In this document: positions 1 to 7,806 of the stretch, in pieces
How the letters are laid out: the number at the start of each line of letters is the position of its first letter
Position numbering within the stretch: position 1 is the first letter of the stretch
Source of the DNA: a virus
Lineage: Duplodnaviria; Caudoviricetes
Length of the DNA: 29,236 bases
Reading direction: 5' to 3' (one strand)
IMG/VR virus record: IMGVR_UViG_3300012942_000108
Coordinates: 1 to 29,236 of that record
Translations under genes and position numbers: made by a program
Notes under the pieces: model-generated
What the model was told of the DNA's origin: nothing
The model's input: only the letters and a program-made list of their open reading frames with translations
Database searches by the model: none

Positions 1-1215
1 ATTCAAATGCGCATTCAGATTGCCTTTGAAAGGAAGCGTCGTTCCGGTATCAAAAGACAAAAAGCCGCCGTTGAGCGAGACGTTTGCCGCTCCTTCAATA
101 TCAAACGGGTAGACAGACGATGAACCGACAGATTGTCCTACAAAACAAGCGGCACAGGAGAACTGTGTTTGATACCCTGTCACAGAACTCGGCACATAGA
201 CAAATGGCTGGGCACTGTTTTCAAAATGGACGCTGGAACCATTAAACTGACCATACACAAGCTTAAGATTGGTCGTTACCGGATAATCCATGGAGATTTC
301 GGAGGCATAAATCAGCGCTCCGACATTCTCCAGGTCCATGTTGGTCACATTGCCAAAGATGGCGAGAGAATTGAACGAAATATTCTCCCCGCTGTTCGAA
401 GCACTATCAACGAGAACACCAGTTCCGTTCCCATAAATATCGAAATGAAGAAAGTGAACAAGATAACTGTTCATGCTATTTTCAAATCCAACCTGGAAAT
501 GGTTCACATATCCATTTGAGATAGAATAATGTGCCGTGTCAAAAGCGCCACTGCTATATATTCCTACAACTCCGTTGGAAGCGCCGCTGCCCTGGAACGA
601 GCATCCATCAATGCCCATTTTAGCATTGACGTAGGTATCCAAGGGGCCTCCGGTATTGTGTGCAATTGTAAGCGCAGTTCCTGAGGACAACGATGCAAAA
701 TCCAGCAGGGTCCCATTGCACTTGAATCCAACTTCAGTCGGATCAATCGTGAGTCCAGAACCGACTTTCATTGTTCCAGGACCAAAGCTTACATTTCCGA
801 ATTTTCCTGTGCCCTTGACATAATCAATTGCATCCACAATTGCCGTCGCATCATCATGAGTGTCGTCATAATACGCGCCCCAAAATGCCGGATCGACATA
901 CCCAGAATTTAACTGCCTGATTAAGCATCCTGCACTACAGTCCCCAGAATGATCGCTCGGAGCAATCACCACACCCCCGTCGGGTGTTAGACCGCTCGCC
1001 TGTGCAGCGGTAAGCCATGTGAATGTGCCGCCGCCGAGAGTGCTGCCGGCGTAGTAGCCTTGGAGACTGAAATTTCCATACTGCTGCATGACGATGGCGG
1101 GATAGGAGGACAGAACCGCCATTGACGGGACAGTCGTAATCGCAGCAGGTCCGGGCGCGGCTATAGAAGCCGGCGAGACAAGCGATATAACAACAGTAAG
1201 AAGCCATTTACGCAT
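1..1215 (-). CDS. Tailspike/pectate lyase-like right-handed beta-helix protein with N-terminal signal peptide (3' end beyond window)
   Basis: Not in ORF track. I translated it by hand: ATG at 1215 with GAGG upstream, open for 405 codons to the window edge. MRKWLLTVVISLVSPASIAA..., then LQGYYAGSTLGGGTFTW (tailspike N-terminal motif) and FWGAYYDDTHDDATAIVDAI...FGPGT (pectate_lyase_3-like start), followed by N/G/F-rich beta-helix-like sequence. Confidence 0.8.
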   Translation of the reverse strand, partial: MRKWLLTVVISLVSPASIAAPGPAAITTVPSMAVLSSYPAIVMQQYGNFSLQGYYAGSTLGGGTFTWLTAAQASGLTPDGGVVIAPSDHSGDCSAGCLIRQLNSGYVDPAFWGAYYDDTHDDATAIVDAIDYVKGTGKFGNVSFGPGTMKVGSGLTIDPTEVGFKCNGTLLDFASLSSGTALTIAHNTGGPLDTYVNAKMGIDGCSFQGSGASNGVVGIYSSGAFDTAHYSISNGYVNHFQVGFENSMNSYLVHFLHFDIYGNGTGVLVDSASNSGENISFNSLAIFGNVTNMDLENVGALIYASEISMDYPVTTNLKLVYGQFNGSSVHFENSAQPFVYVPSSVTGYQTQFSCAACFVGQSVGSSSVYPFDIEGAANVSLNGGFLSFDTGTTLPFKGNLNAHLN

Positions 1216-1238
1216 GGTAACCTCGGTTGTGCGGTTTG

Positions 1239-1269
1239 ATAAAAGGACCGCACCGTTTCCGATGCGGCC
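1239..1269 (-). terminator. Putative intrinsic terminator
   Basis: Minus strand GGCCGCATCG-GAAA-CGGTGCGGTC followed by CTTTTAT; 10-bp stem with two G-U pairs and a GNRA loop; short U tract. Confidence 0.6.
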
Positions 1270-1313
1270 AAGTCTCGCGCCGATCCGCTTGAGGGGATAA
1301 AGCGGGCGCGGAA

Positions 1314-1655
1314 CTAAAAGGTATTCGGATCGAAGCCATGTATCCGGCATATAGAGAGAGCTGCCCGCTTGAATCGCGGTCCGTGGTATTCCTTATCGCC
1401 ACGGAGATGTTGGCGCAGATGAAGCATCTCGTGCGCTAGAGTTGCTAAAAGCGTATTCGTATGACCGATTCCAGTCTGGCTTACGCGAATGGTCGGAATG
1501 TCGCCATCCAAGTAAAAATCGCCGAACATCGTTGCATCAGAGACGACATGAAATCCGATATCGTCAGATTCAGGTAACTTCCATCCACGGAATGGCTGCG
1601 TTGTTCTGAGAAAATCATAAGCAGATGCGAGCATGTCGGGGTGGAGCTTGAGCAT
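1314..1655 (-). CDS. SprT-like zinc metalloprotease domain protein
   Basis: LLATLAHEMLH (HExxH) followed by HGPRF, the SprT-type third ligand motif. Confidence 0.75.
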   Translation of the reverse strand: MLKLHPDMLASAYDFLRTTQPFRGWKLPESDDIGFHVVSDATMFGDFYLDGDIPTIRVSQTGIGHTNTLLATLAHEMLHLRQHLRGDKEYHGPRFKRAALSICRIHGFDPNTF

Positions 1656-1657
1656 CG

Positions 1658-1855
1658 CTAGACGCTTTTAAGACGAGGATCATTCCGAATAAGGCGAAGA
1701 TTAACCTCATTGGAACATTCGGCGCCAAGACGCGATGCCTGTAGTGTCGTAAGCGGAAAGCGATGAAACGCCCCTTTTTCATCATCAATTACGCAAAGAT
1801 ATAGCTGATCATCTTCCTCAATAACGAAGCATACCGTTCCACGTTGTTCGCTCAT
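1658..1855 (-). CDS. Hypothetical protein
   Basis: 65 aa, ATGA overlap with upstream gene and 2 nt gap to the downstream ATG. Confidence 0.7.
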   Translation of the reverse strand: MSEQRGTVCFVIEEDDQLYLCVIDDEKGAFHRFPLTTLQASRLGAECSNEVNLRLIRNDPRLKSV

Positions 1856-2043
1856 GGCTTTTTCTGCATCACGCGAGAGATTGCGGTACTGAGATCGTAG
1901 AGGTAGTTATCCAAATCCGTGCCGGAACGCCCTCCCCGAGACATCAGAAAGACAGCGTGCGGATTGCCTGTATTCGGGTCGAAATCAACTTTGGCAATAA
2001 ACGGCCCGACCTCAACGTTTTCGCCAGGAAAGCGCGTGGTCAT
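1852..2043 (-). CDS. Small protein resembling a stand-alone TSCPD (class II RNR C-terminal) domain
   Basis: Start moved to ATG 2043 (ATGA overlap). GNPHAVFL..GGRSGTDLD...LSTAISRVMQ resembles the G.P.EVF...GS......IS.ALQ pattern. Confidence 0.5.
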   Translation of the reverse strand: MTTRFPGENVEVGPFIAKVDFDPNTGNPHAVFLMSRGGRSGTDLDNYLYDLSTAISRVMQKKP

Positions 2044-3098
2044 GCGACTTTCTTCCTGCGCTTCCATTTGAGGAACTCCGCGCCTTCATGAACGTCCGCA
2101 ACGACTGTAATCAGTCTTGGATCATCATCGGCATATTGTGGATCAATGATCGTCACACAGGCCGCAAAAGCGTTCTGGTCTGGCAGCCCCTTCTCGTCGG
2201 CATAGCGGTCGTAGGTCTTATAGCCGGCACAGCGAATGGCCCAAGACAGAAGCCCAGTTGCAGGGTCCTTGAGCGGGCCACCAACAAAAGACACATGTTT
2301 GTGACCGCATGTAAGGATATGGTCTCTCCATCCGCCCTGGACCGCTTTCATTGGCCCGTGCGCCGGATTCCACATGGAATGACCCGCAAAGTCATGACGG
2401 GCGTTTACGCGAACCTCTTTGCCGTTTGGAAATTGTAGGCCAAGGCGCGCGCCGTGATATTCCAGGACATTGCTGGATTGCTTAGCGATCCACTTCAAGG
2501 GATCGCCTGGGCCAGAAAAACAATCATGGTTGCCGCCAACGAGATAAAGCCATTGAACGGATTTGATAAGCCATTCAGTCAGGACCCACGCCTCGGATGC
2601 CGATGTTCCCTGTTCAGCGTAGAGACGCGCAAGGCGACCGACCCAGTTATTGGATATGTCGCCGAGATTGGCACCAAACAGCCCTTCCGTCTTATTGACA
2701 ATGCGAACGTGATCTTCAATGAGACCTATATCAGTCCCATCGTCATCTACGTGCGGGTCTCCGAAATGCACGATGCCGATAGGACCGCCTATTCTGATGG
2801 GGATATTGATGAGCTTGCGCGCTTCTTTTGCGGCTTTGACACGCTGAAAGTTCTTTTTCCGGCGCTCCAGAAGTGTTTCAGCATCTTCCGTAACATCCGG
2901 AAGTTCTGGAACAATAAATGGCTTTTCGGCTCTCAACCGTCCTTCTGCCATTCTTAGATTGGCTGTATGAATGCGGTTTCTATATGTTCCCTCGCTCAGT
3001 CCAAGGGAATGCGCTGCCTGAATTTTATTGCCGCCGTTGTTCTTGAGTGCTTCGAGAGCCTGTAAGCAAAGTTCATCAGAAAGCGGAGGTGTCGGCAT
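2040..3098 (-). CDS. Calcineurin-like metallophosphoesterase with N-terminal Fis-like HTH
   Basis: Start moved to ATG 3098 (TGATG overlap). Motifs GDPH, LGD, GNHD, RH, GHKH; N-terminal NNGGNKIQAAHSLGLSEGTYRNRI. Confidence 0.85.
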   Translation of the reverse strand: MPTPPLSDELCLQALEALKNNGGNKIQAAHSLGLSEGTYRNRIHTANLRMAEGRLRAEKPFIVPELPDVTEDAETLLERRKKNFQRVKAAKEARKLINIPIRIGGPIGIVHFGDPHVDDDGTDIGLIEDHVRIVNKTEGLFGANLGDISNNWVGRLARLYAEQGTSASEAWVLTEWLIKSVQWLYLVGGNHDCFSGPGDPLKWIAKQSSNVLEYHGARLGLQFPNGKEVRVNARHDFAGHSMWNPAHGPMKAVQGGWRDHILTCGHKHVSFVGGPLKDPATGLLSWAIRCAGYKTYDRYADEKGLPDQNAFAACVTIIDPQYADDDPRLITVVADVHEGAEFLKWKRRKKVA

Positions 3099-3304
3099 CA
3101 GCGCCCCGTTATCCATTTGGCGATAGATGACTGGCTGAAAGGATTGCCAGTCACCATCTCGTACATACGCATCACGGTCCAAAGCAGGGTTGCCAAAGCA
3201 GCGGCAGGAGGAAGCCATTGAGCGAGAGACCCAAGGACAACAGCGATAGATACCGCATCCCCTATATGCTTAACTGTGTCCCAGATGGGATGCGAGTTAT
3301 TCAT
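3098..3304 (-). CDS. Putative holin/small membrane protein
   Basis: 68 aa with two hydrophobic segments (AVSIAVVLGSLAQW; PAAALATLLWTVM) in the lysis cassette. Confidence 0.6.
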   Translation of the reverse strand: MNNSHPIWDTVKHIGDAVSIAVVLGSLAQWLPPAAALATLLWTVMRMYEMVTGNPFSQSSIAKWITGR

Positions 3305-3316
3305 ATCTATATTTCC

Positions 3317-3637
3317 TCAGCCCTGCGCCGCCTTAACAAAGGCGATGAGCCCCTGGATAAGCTGGCTGCCAGCGGCTTCCAGAATTGCCAGTTCTTCCGC
3401 AGTAGCGGCCTGAAGCACATCGGTCTCGATCTGCTCAATGCTCTTGCCGGCGGCGGCATCAGTTTGAACACGAGCTAGAACATCAAGCACAACTTTCGCC
3501 TGAGACGAAAAGATGAACTCGACGGCTAGTTTGCTGACCGTCAGCAATTCTTCACCAATAGTCTCGGCTTCGGTTTGGACCCACATAATGGCGTCGGAAA
3601 GGTCCTGCTTGACGATGTCGAGAAGGCTCATGTTCAA
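3317..3637 (-). CDS. Hypothetical protein (acidic, helical) in lysis cassette
   Basis: 106 aa ORF between membrane genes; GGAG upstream favours the second ATG at 3631. Confidence 0.7.
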   Translation of the reverse strand: MNMSLLDIVKQDLSDAIMWVQTEAETIGEELLTVSKLAVEFIFSSQAKVVLDVLARVQTDAAAGKSIEQIETDVLQAATAEELAILEAAGSQLIQGLIAFVKAAQG

Positions 3638-3640
3638 CTC

Positions 3641-4090
3641 CTATTTGGCTGCTGCGAGGGGCGCGGTTTCAACAGGCTGCACAGTGACCTTTGCGCCGGT
3701 CGTGTCAGTGGCAGTAGGGGAAACGGGAAGATAGGCGAGTGCCTTGGTCGCCAACTGCTCGGGATTGAGGCCAAAGCGGTTGACGGCATCCGGCGCATGG
3801 TCAATGGCGAACTGGGCTGCGAAGGCCGTAATTGCGCCTTTGACCTGCACATTGGAATGTGCCTGTTCAGCGCCTTCGATCTTCTGCATGGCGATCCACA
3901 CGCCATTCTGAAGCGCCCGGTTGAGATCGGCAGATGCCTTGGCTTCCAACTGCGCGCCGACATAGGGCGCGGCATATTTGTGGAAAACCCACATGACCCA
4001 GCCGGCAACAAAGATCACAAGACCCTGCAACAGGTCCTGCAAGACCGGATTGAGCATTTGATAGATCGGGTTCAGGCTTACATCGTGCAT
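3641..4090 (-). CDS. Putative holin (single N-terminal TM, LL-H-like architecture)
   Basis: AGGAG RBS; TM LLQGLVIFVAGWVMWVF then soluble helical tail; downstream of endolysin. Confidence 0.55.
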   Translation of the reverse strand: MHDVSLNPIYQMLNPVLQDLLQGLVIFVAGWVMWVFHKYAAPYVGAQLEAKASADLNRALQNGVWIAMQKIEGAEQAHSNVQVKGAITAFAAQFAIDHAPDAVNRFGLNPEQLATKALAYLPVSPTATDTTGAKVTVQPVETAPLAAAK

Positions 4091-4099
4091 GGGTTTCTC

Positions 4100-4186
4100 C
4101 TATCGGCCTATCAGTCGCTTGATGAGCGAGCCGAGGCTGAGAATGTGGAATGTGATGCGGTTGCCGAGAAACATCATCTCAACCAT
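4100..4186 (-). CDS. Putative 25-28 aa amphipathic cationic peptide
   Basis: MVEMMFLGNRITFHILSLGSLIKRLIGR fills the entire gap between endolysin and holin; AAGGA lies upstream of the internal ATG ATG. Confidence 0.45.
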   Translation of the reverse strand: MVEMMFLGNRITFHILSLGSLIKRLIGR

Positions 4187-4622
4187 TCCTTATGAGTGCT
4201 TGGATGCGTTTTGCACGGTCGCCAGATTGCTTGAACCAGAGTGTGGTTTCCAGATCGGCCGCGGCATCGTTAAACTTCCCGCTCTCAAGTAGAGAGAGGA
4301 AGTTCGTGAATTTCAGCAGCCCAGCTGCGCCTATCTGGTAAGCCATATTGGCTAGCGCGCGTTGGCGAGCTTCCGAAAGGCTAGAAGCCCACGGCGCGCC
4401 AGCAAGAAAGTAATTCCATGCCGCTTCTGCGCGTCTGCTGAGGATCGGTTCTGCTTCCGACATCGTGAGCGGCGAGACGTCAAGAGCGAACCCCCATCCA
4501 GCGGTAGGGTGGCCTTTCACGACGCTTCCAGGAACAATCCTCAGCCCTGTCGCATCGTCGTAGAGATAGCCCGACCATCCTTCATCCCGCTGAAGGTCAG
4601 AAACCAGAGCGTCAAGGTTCAT
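4179..4622 (-). CDS. Endolysin, T4-type lysozyme (GH24-like)
   Basis: RDEG..YLYDD..G..TAGWG catalytic region; RQRALANMAYQIG..GLLKF; W.KQ..RA.R C-terminus. Confidence 0.9.
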   Translation of the reverse strand: MNLDALVSDLQRDEGWSGYLYDDATGLRIVPGSVVKGHPTAGWGFALDVSPLTMSEAEPILSRRAEAAWNYFLAGAPWASSLSEARQRALANMAYQIGAAGLLKFTNFLSLLESGKFNDAAADLETTLWFKQSGDRAKRIQALIRNG

Positions 4623-5944
4623 ACAATCCTCAGCGCAGATTGGTTGCTATAGACATCACATGCCTGACATTGCGCACCATTTGCAGGATTGGTCAGGACG
4701 TACACGGTATTGGTGCCGTCCGAGATATTGACGAAATTGTCTGAAGTGTCCGTCTTTACGACTTTGACGATTTTCGCTTTCCCAGATGCGACAAGACCCA
4801 ATGGATAGGTCACCGTTACAGCGCCCGATGTTGCATCGACCTCAAGTACTTGGTCGCTGGCGGTGACAGTCGTATTTGCTGTTACGGCTCGCAGTCCGAG
4901 GCCATTGAGCGCCGTGATATTGGTATTGATGCCGGATGTTGCGAAGCCGGATGTTGCGCCGCCATCGCCAACAGTGCCAACACTATCCGTGAAGATTGCG
5001 AGGTGGCCAACGGTCGGGGTGCCGCTGACACTAGCGACGGTACCGCTTGCATTGTTGCTGGCCGCCTTGGCAGCAGCAGTTCCTAGAACGCCGCCATCAG
5101 TGATCGAACCGCCTGTATCGGCAAAGACGGCGACATGGCCGCTGATGAATGTGCCAGTGACGCTGGCGACAGCAGCATAACTGTTATTGGTGACTGCTTT
5201 GAAAGCGGCTGTGCCGAGGCCAGTAATGGTACTGGCCGCTACAAAGCCCCATGTCCCATCTGCCCGGAGAACACGGCCAGCGGCTCCATATCCGGCTGCT
5301 GGGGCCGGGACTAATCCCTTGGTCCCTCCGGTCGAGGTGTCGCCAATGAACGGATTGAGGATGGCTGTAGCAGGACTAGGATCAAGGGTGAGATTACCCG
5401 ATCCATCGTCTATGACTGGGCCTCCAAGGTTTTCGACCGCCGCCGCACCCAAGCCGAGATTGGTGCGGGCTCCCGCTGCTGTCGTAGCACCCGTACCGCC
5501 CTGTGAGATAGGGACGGGGCTTGGGAGGCTGGTTGCTGGCGTGAAATTGATCGCCGTCGAGGACAGCGGATCAATGCGGATTTGGAGCTTTTCCCCCGAT
5601 GAAATCTGGATGCCCGTCCCCAGATAGGGAAGCAGGGTGACCATGAAGCCATTGGAGGCTATATCGCACCAGACCCAATACTGGCGCCCCCTGTTCGGGA
5701 CGATGACGCTGATATTAGAGGTGAGCGTTCCGGTGAAACGGAGGCCCGAATAAGCCGCCTGGTCATCGGTCAGGACAATATCTGTCCCACCGCTGATATT
5801 GAGCGTCAGGAAGCCGCCTAATTGGCTGTCGGCCAGTATCCAATTAGGATCAGTGACCCCAACTCCCCACGCGCCGATATTGCTGCCGTAGGCTTGGGTA
5901 CCGAAGCCAATGTTCGGAGTCGGCGTGATAACTGGGTTCAGCAT
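4619..5944 (-). CDS. Tail fibre protein
   Basis: 441 aa G/A/T-rich; PISQGGTGATTAAGARTNLGLG fibre motif, GTKGLVPAP motif, internal repeats. Confidence 0.8.
   Translation of the reverse strand: MLNPVITPTPNIGFGTQAYGSNIGAWGVGVTDPNWILADSQLGGFLTLNISGGTDIVLTDDQAAYSGLRFTGTLTSNISVIVPNRGRQYWVWCDIASNGFMVTLLPYLGTGIQISSGEKLQIRIDPLSSTAINFTPATSLPSPVPISQGGTGATTAAGARTNLGLGAAAVENLGGPVIDDGSGNLTLDPSPATAILNPFIGDTSTGGTKGLVPAPAAGYGAAGRVLRADGTWGFVAASTITGLGTAAFKAVTNNSYAAVASVTGTFISGHVAVFADTGGSITDGGVLGTAAAKAASNNASGTVASVSGTPTVGHLAIFTDSVGTVGDGGATSGFATSGINTNITALNGLGLRAVTANTTVTASDQVLEVDATSGAVTVTYPLGLVASGKAKIVKVVKTDTSDNFVNISDGTNTVYVLTNPANGAQCQACDVYSNQSALRIV
4958..5221 (-). repeat. Two tandem 44-aa repeats in tail fibre
   Basis: GLGTAAFKAVTNNSYAAVASVTGTFISGHVAVFADTGGSITDGG / VLGTAAAKAASNNASGTVASVSGTPTVGHLAIFTDSVGTVGDGG. 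Confidence 0.85.
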
Positions 5945-6046
5945 CGCAGATCGGCAAAGCCCGTGTAAGGCTCTCCCGATCCCGTGCAGCGCGCTCAGGA
6001 CGGAGGCGAAGTTGGCCGGACCCAGCGCGGGACCGAACTACACAGA

Positions 6047-6075
6047 TTTCTATGTCAAAATTGGCTGGAAATCAA
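6047..6075 (-). promoter_or_regulatory. Possible sigma70-type promoter for tail fibre/lysis genes
   Basis: TTGATT-N17-TAGAAA in an AT-richer intergenic gap; imperfect -10. Confidence 0.35.
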
Positions 6076-6099
6076 GACCTAAGCGGGATATGCTGCATC

Positions 6100-6237
6100 A
6101 TGAAAGATGCTTATCTCGTGCCCTTGGCTTGGGGCTGCATTCTCGGTGCCTGGAAGCAGATTAAACCTTGGTGGTTACGGCGGTGGCCGGAGGCTAGGAG
6201 GCGCTTGACCTCCAAAAACATCGCCCATAGGCACTAA
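6100..6237 (+). CDS. Possible small antisense membrane peptide
   Basis: MKDAYLVPLAWGCILGAWKQIKPWWLRRW...; hydrophobic N-half, W/R-rich C-half; 3' end overlaps the 543-aa gene end. Confidence 0.3.
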   Translation: MKDAYLVPLAWGCILGAWKQIKPWWLRRWPEARRRLTSKNIAHRH

Positions 6238-7806
6238 ATCGGCAAGACTCGATGCTCCCAGTGTTGCAGGCGCTCTGCCTGCCAAAACCAGATCACCGAT
6301 AGACTGTAGGGATGCAGGACGCTGACTTGTCAACGCTGACGTAAGTGCTCTCTGTACAGGACGGCTGTAGGCAAGTCGCGTCGGAATAGAGGCTGCCAAG
6401 CCAGAAACTGCACTCACTGGATCGGTCAGCAAAAGGCGAGTAGCCGTCCCACTGTCATTGATTGTGGATGGCAAAACTGCCTTTCCCGCCTCTGACAGGT
6501 CCTGCATCATAGCCTGCCCGCGGGCGTATGCTCCCTTGCCCGCGGATCGGTCTGATGCTTGTACGGCACGCGCTAGTTGAGGAGCTGTAAATGTTCCTTC
6601 ATTCGCACCAACGTAAGATGCTGCCTTGCGCAATCTAGCATATTGAGCGTAGGCGTTGTTTGCCGCCTTCAATTCTTTCCCATAGTTCGGGTTGTTTCGT
6701 TCCAGCATATCATTGAATGCCTGCTGCGCGTCCATGACCATGCTGCCAAGTTGTCTATCATCGGAATCCTGACTGGATGACAGTCGGCGCCCTATATTTC
6801 CCAGATTGGATTGAGCATCTTTCAACGCCTGTCCCGTCATTTGCCCATTTTGGAATCTCGAACCTATTTGAGCCTGCATGACATTATTGAAGCGGTCCAA
6901 TACGTCCTGTTTGGAGCCTTGTCCGATAGCATTCTGGCCAATAGCACTAATGTCCTGCGTCAACTGCGGATCTGCGGTACCCGTCATATTGGGAAGCAGA
7001 CTATCATATTTATCGCCTATAGCCTTATAGACGTGATCAATCGCGTCCCTTCCCGACACTCCCTGTGGTAGCGACTGTCCAATCGGTTTGAGCGCTCGAT
7101 TGAGCGCGGCACGATTAAATGTCTGTGTGGCCCTATTTTGAGCAGACTTGATGGCATCCCCTACGAACGGAAGAGATGTCGCAGCATCCTCAAACCTCTT
7201 GGCAATACCGCCAGCAATCTGTCCCGGTGTAAGTTCTACGCCTTCGTTCAATAGTTTCTGCACGAAGGGAGAAGTCTGAAGCGGTTTCTTAAGGGCATTA
7301 CCCGCTGCGCCGAGTACTACATCACCAATTTTACCAAGCCCAGCGCCTATCGCCATATCTGCGGCAACACCCTGAGGCGTCTTTTCGTCTGACAGCAATC
7401 CCGCACTTAAGGCTCCTGCCCCGAATGGATTGGTAGTGAGGGCAAGAACGGGAGCGGTTCCTACCATTTCTCCCGCAAACTTACCTAAAGAACCGGGCTT
7501 ATATGGCTGCTGTTGAGCCCAGTCGCTGCTTTCTTTCATAAGATCAGAAGCTGTGGGAACGCGCGGAAGTCCCAACATTCCAGCAACACTATTCACATCA
7601 ACGCCCAAATGCTGCGAGATAGTGTCCATGGCTGATGCGAGATTGCTGATTGGCTTGGAAACGCCCTCATAAAAGCCGAGCGCCTGACTTACGGGTTTAT
7701 CAGGCGTAGATGGAGCGGCAGAACCAGTATTAGAGACTGGTACGCCACCAAACTCATCCGTTGGGCCGCTATCGACAGGAATTCCACCAAATTCATCTGG
7801 CATCAC
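6175..7806 (-). CDS. Putative DNA ejection/internal virion protein
   Basis: 543 aa A/G/Q-rich helical; duplicated DEFGG[IV]PV at N-terminus; LTPGQ and DSGTATR motifs; position after GNAT and pilot protein. Confidence 0.7.
   Translation of the reverse strand: MMPDEFGGIPVDSGPTDEFGGVPVSNTGSAAPSTPDKPVSQALGFYEGVSKPISNLASAMDTISQHLGVDVNSVAGMLGLPRVPTASDLMKESSDWAQQQPYKPGSLGKFAGEMVGTAPVLALTTNPFGAGALSAGLLSDEKTPQGVAADMAIGAGLGKIGDVVLGAAGNALKKPLQTSPFVQKLLNEGVELTPGQIAGGIAKRFEDAATSLPFVGDAIKSAQNRATQTFNRAALNRALKPIGQSLPQGVSGRDAIDHVYKAIGDKYDSLLPNMTGTADPQLTQDISAIGQNAIGQGSKQDVLDRFNNVMQAQIGSRFQNGQMTGQALKDAQSNLGNIGRRLSSSQDSDDRQLGSMVMDAQQAFNDMLERNNPNYGKELKAANNAYAQYARLRKAASYVGANEGTFTAPQLARAVQASDRSAGKGAYARGQAMMQDLSEAGKAVLPSTINDSGTATRLLLTDPVSAVSGLAASIPTRLAYSRPVQRALTSALTSQRPASLQSIGDLVLAGRAPATLGASSLADLVPMGDVFGGQAPPSLRPPP

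Noticed and set aside
935-1207. 90-aa Cys-rich ORF MASYCCYIAC in the track
   Set aside because: Wrong frame; overlaps the long RBS-supported ORF starting at 1215
3634-4011. Nested Rz1-like lipoprotein inside the 149-aa gene
   Set aside because: Has an early Cys but no hydrophobic signal region or proper lipobox
6030-6058. Perfect TTGACA as -35 element
   Set aside because: No -10-like hexamer at 16-18 nt spacing; the alternative TTGATT-N17-TAGAAA fits better
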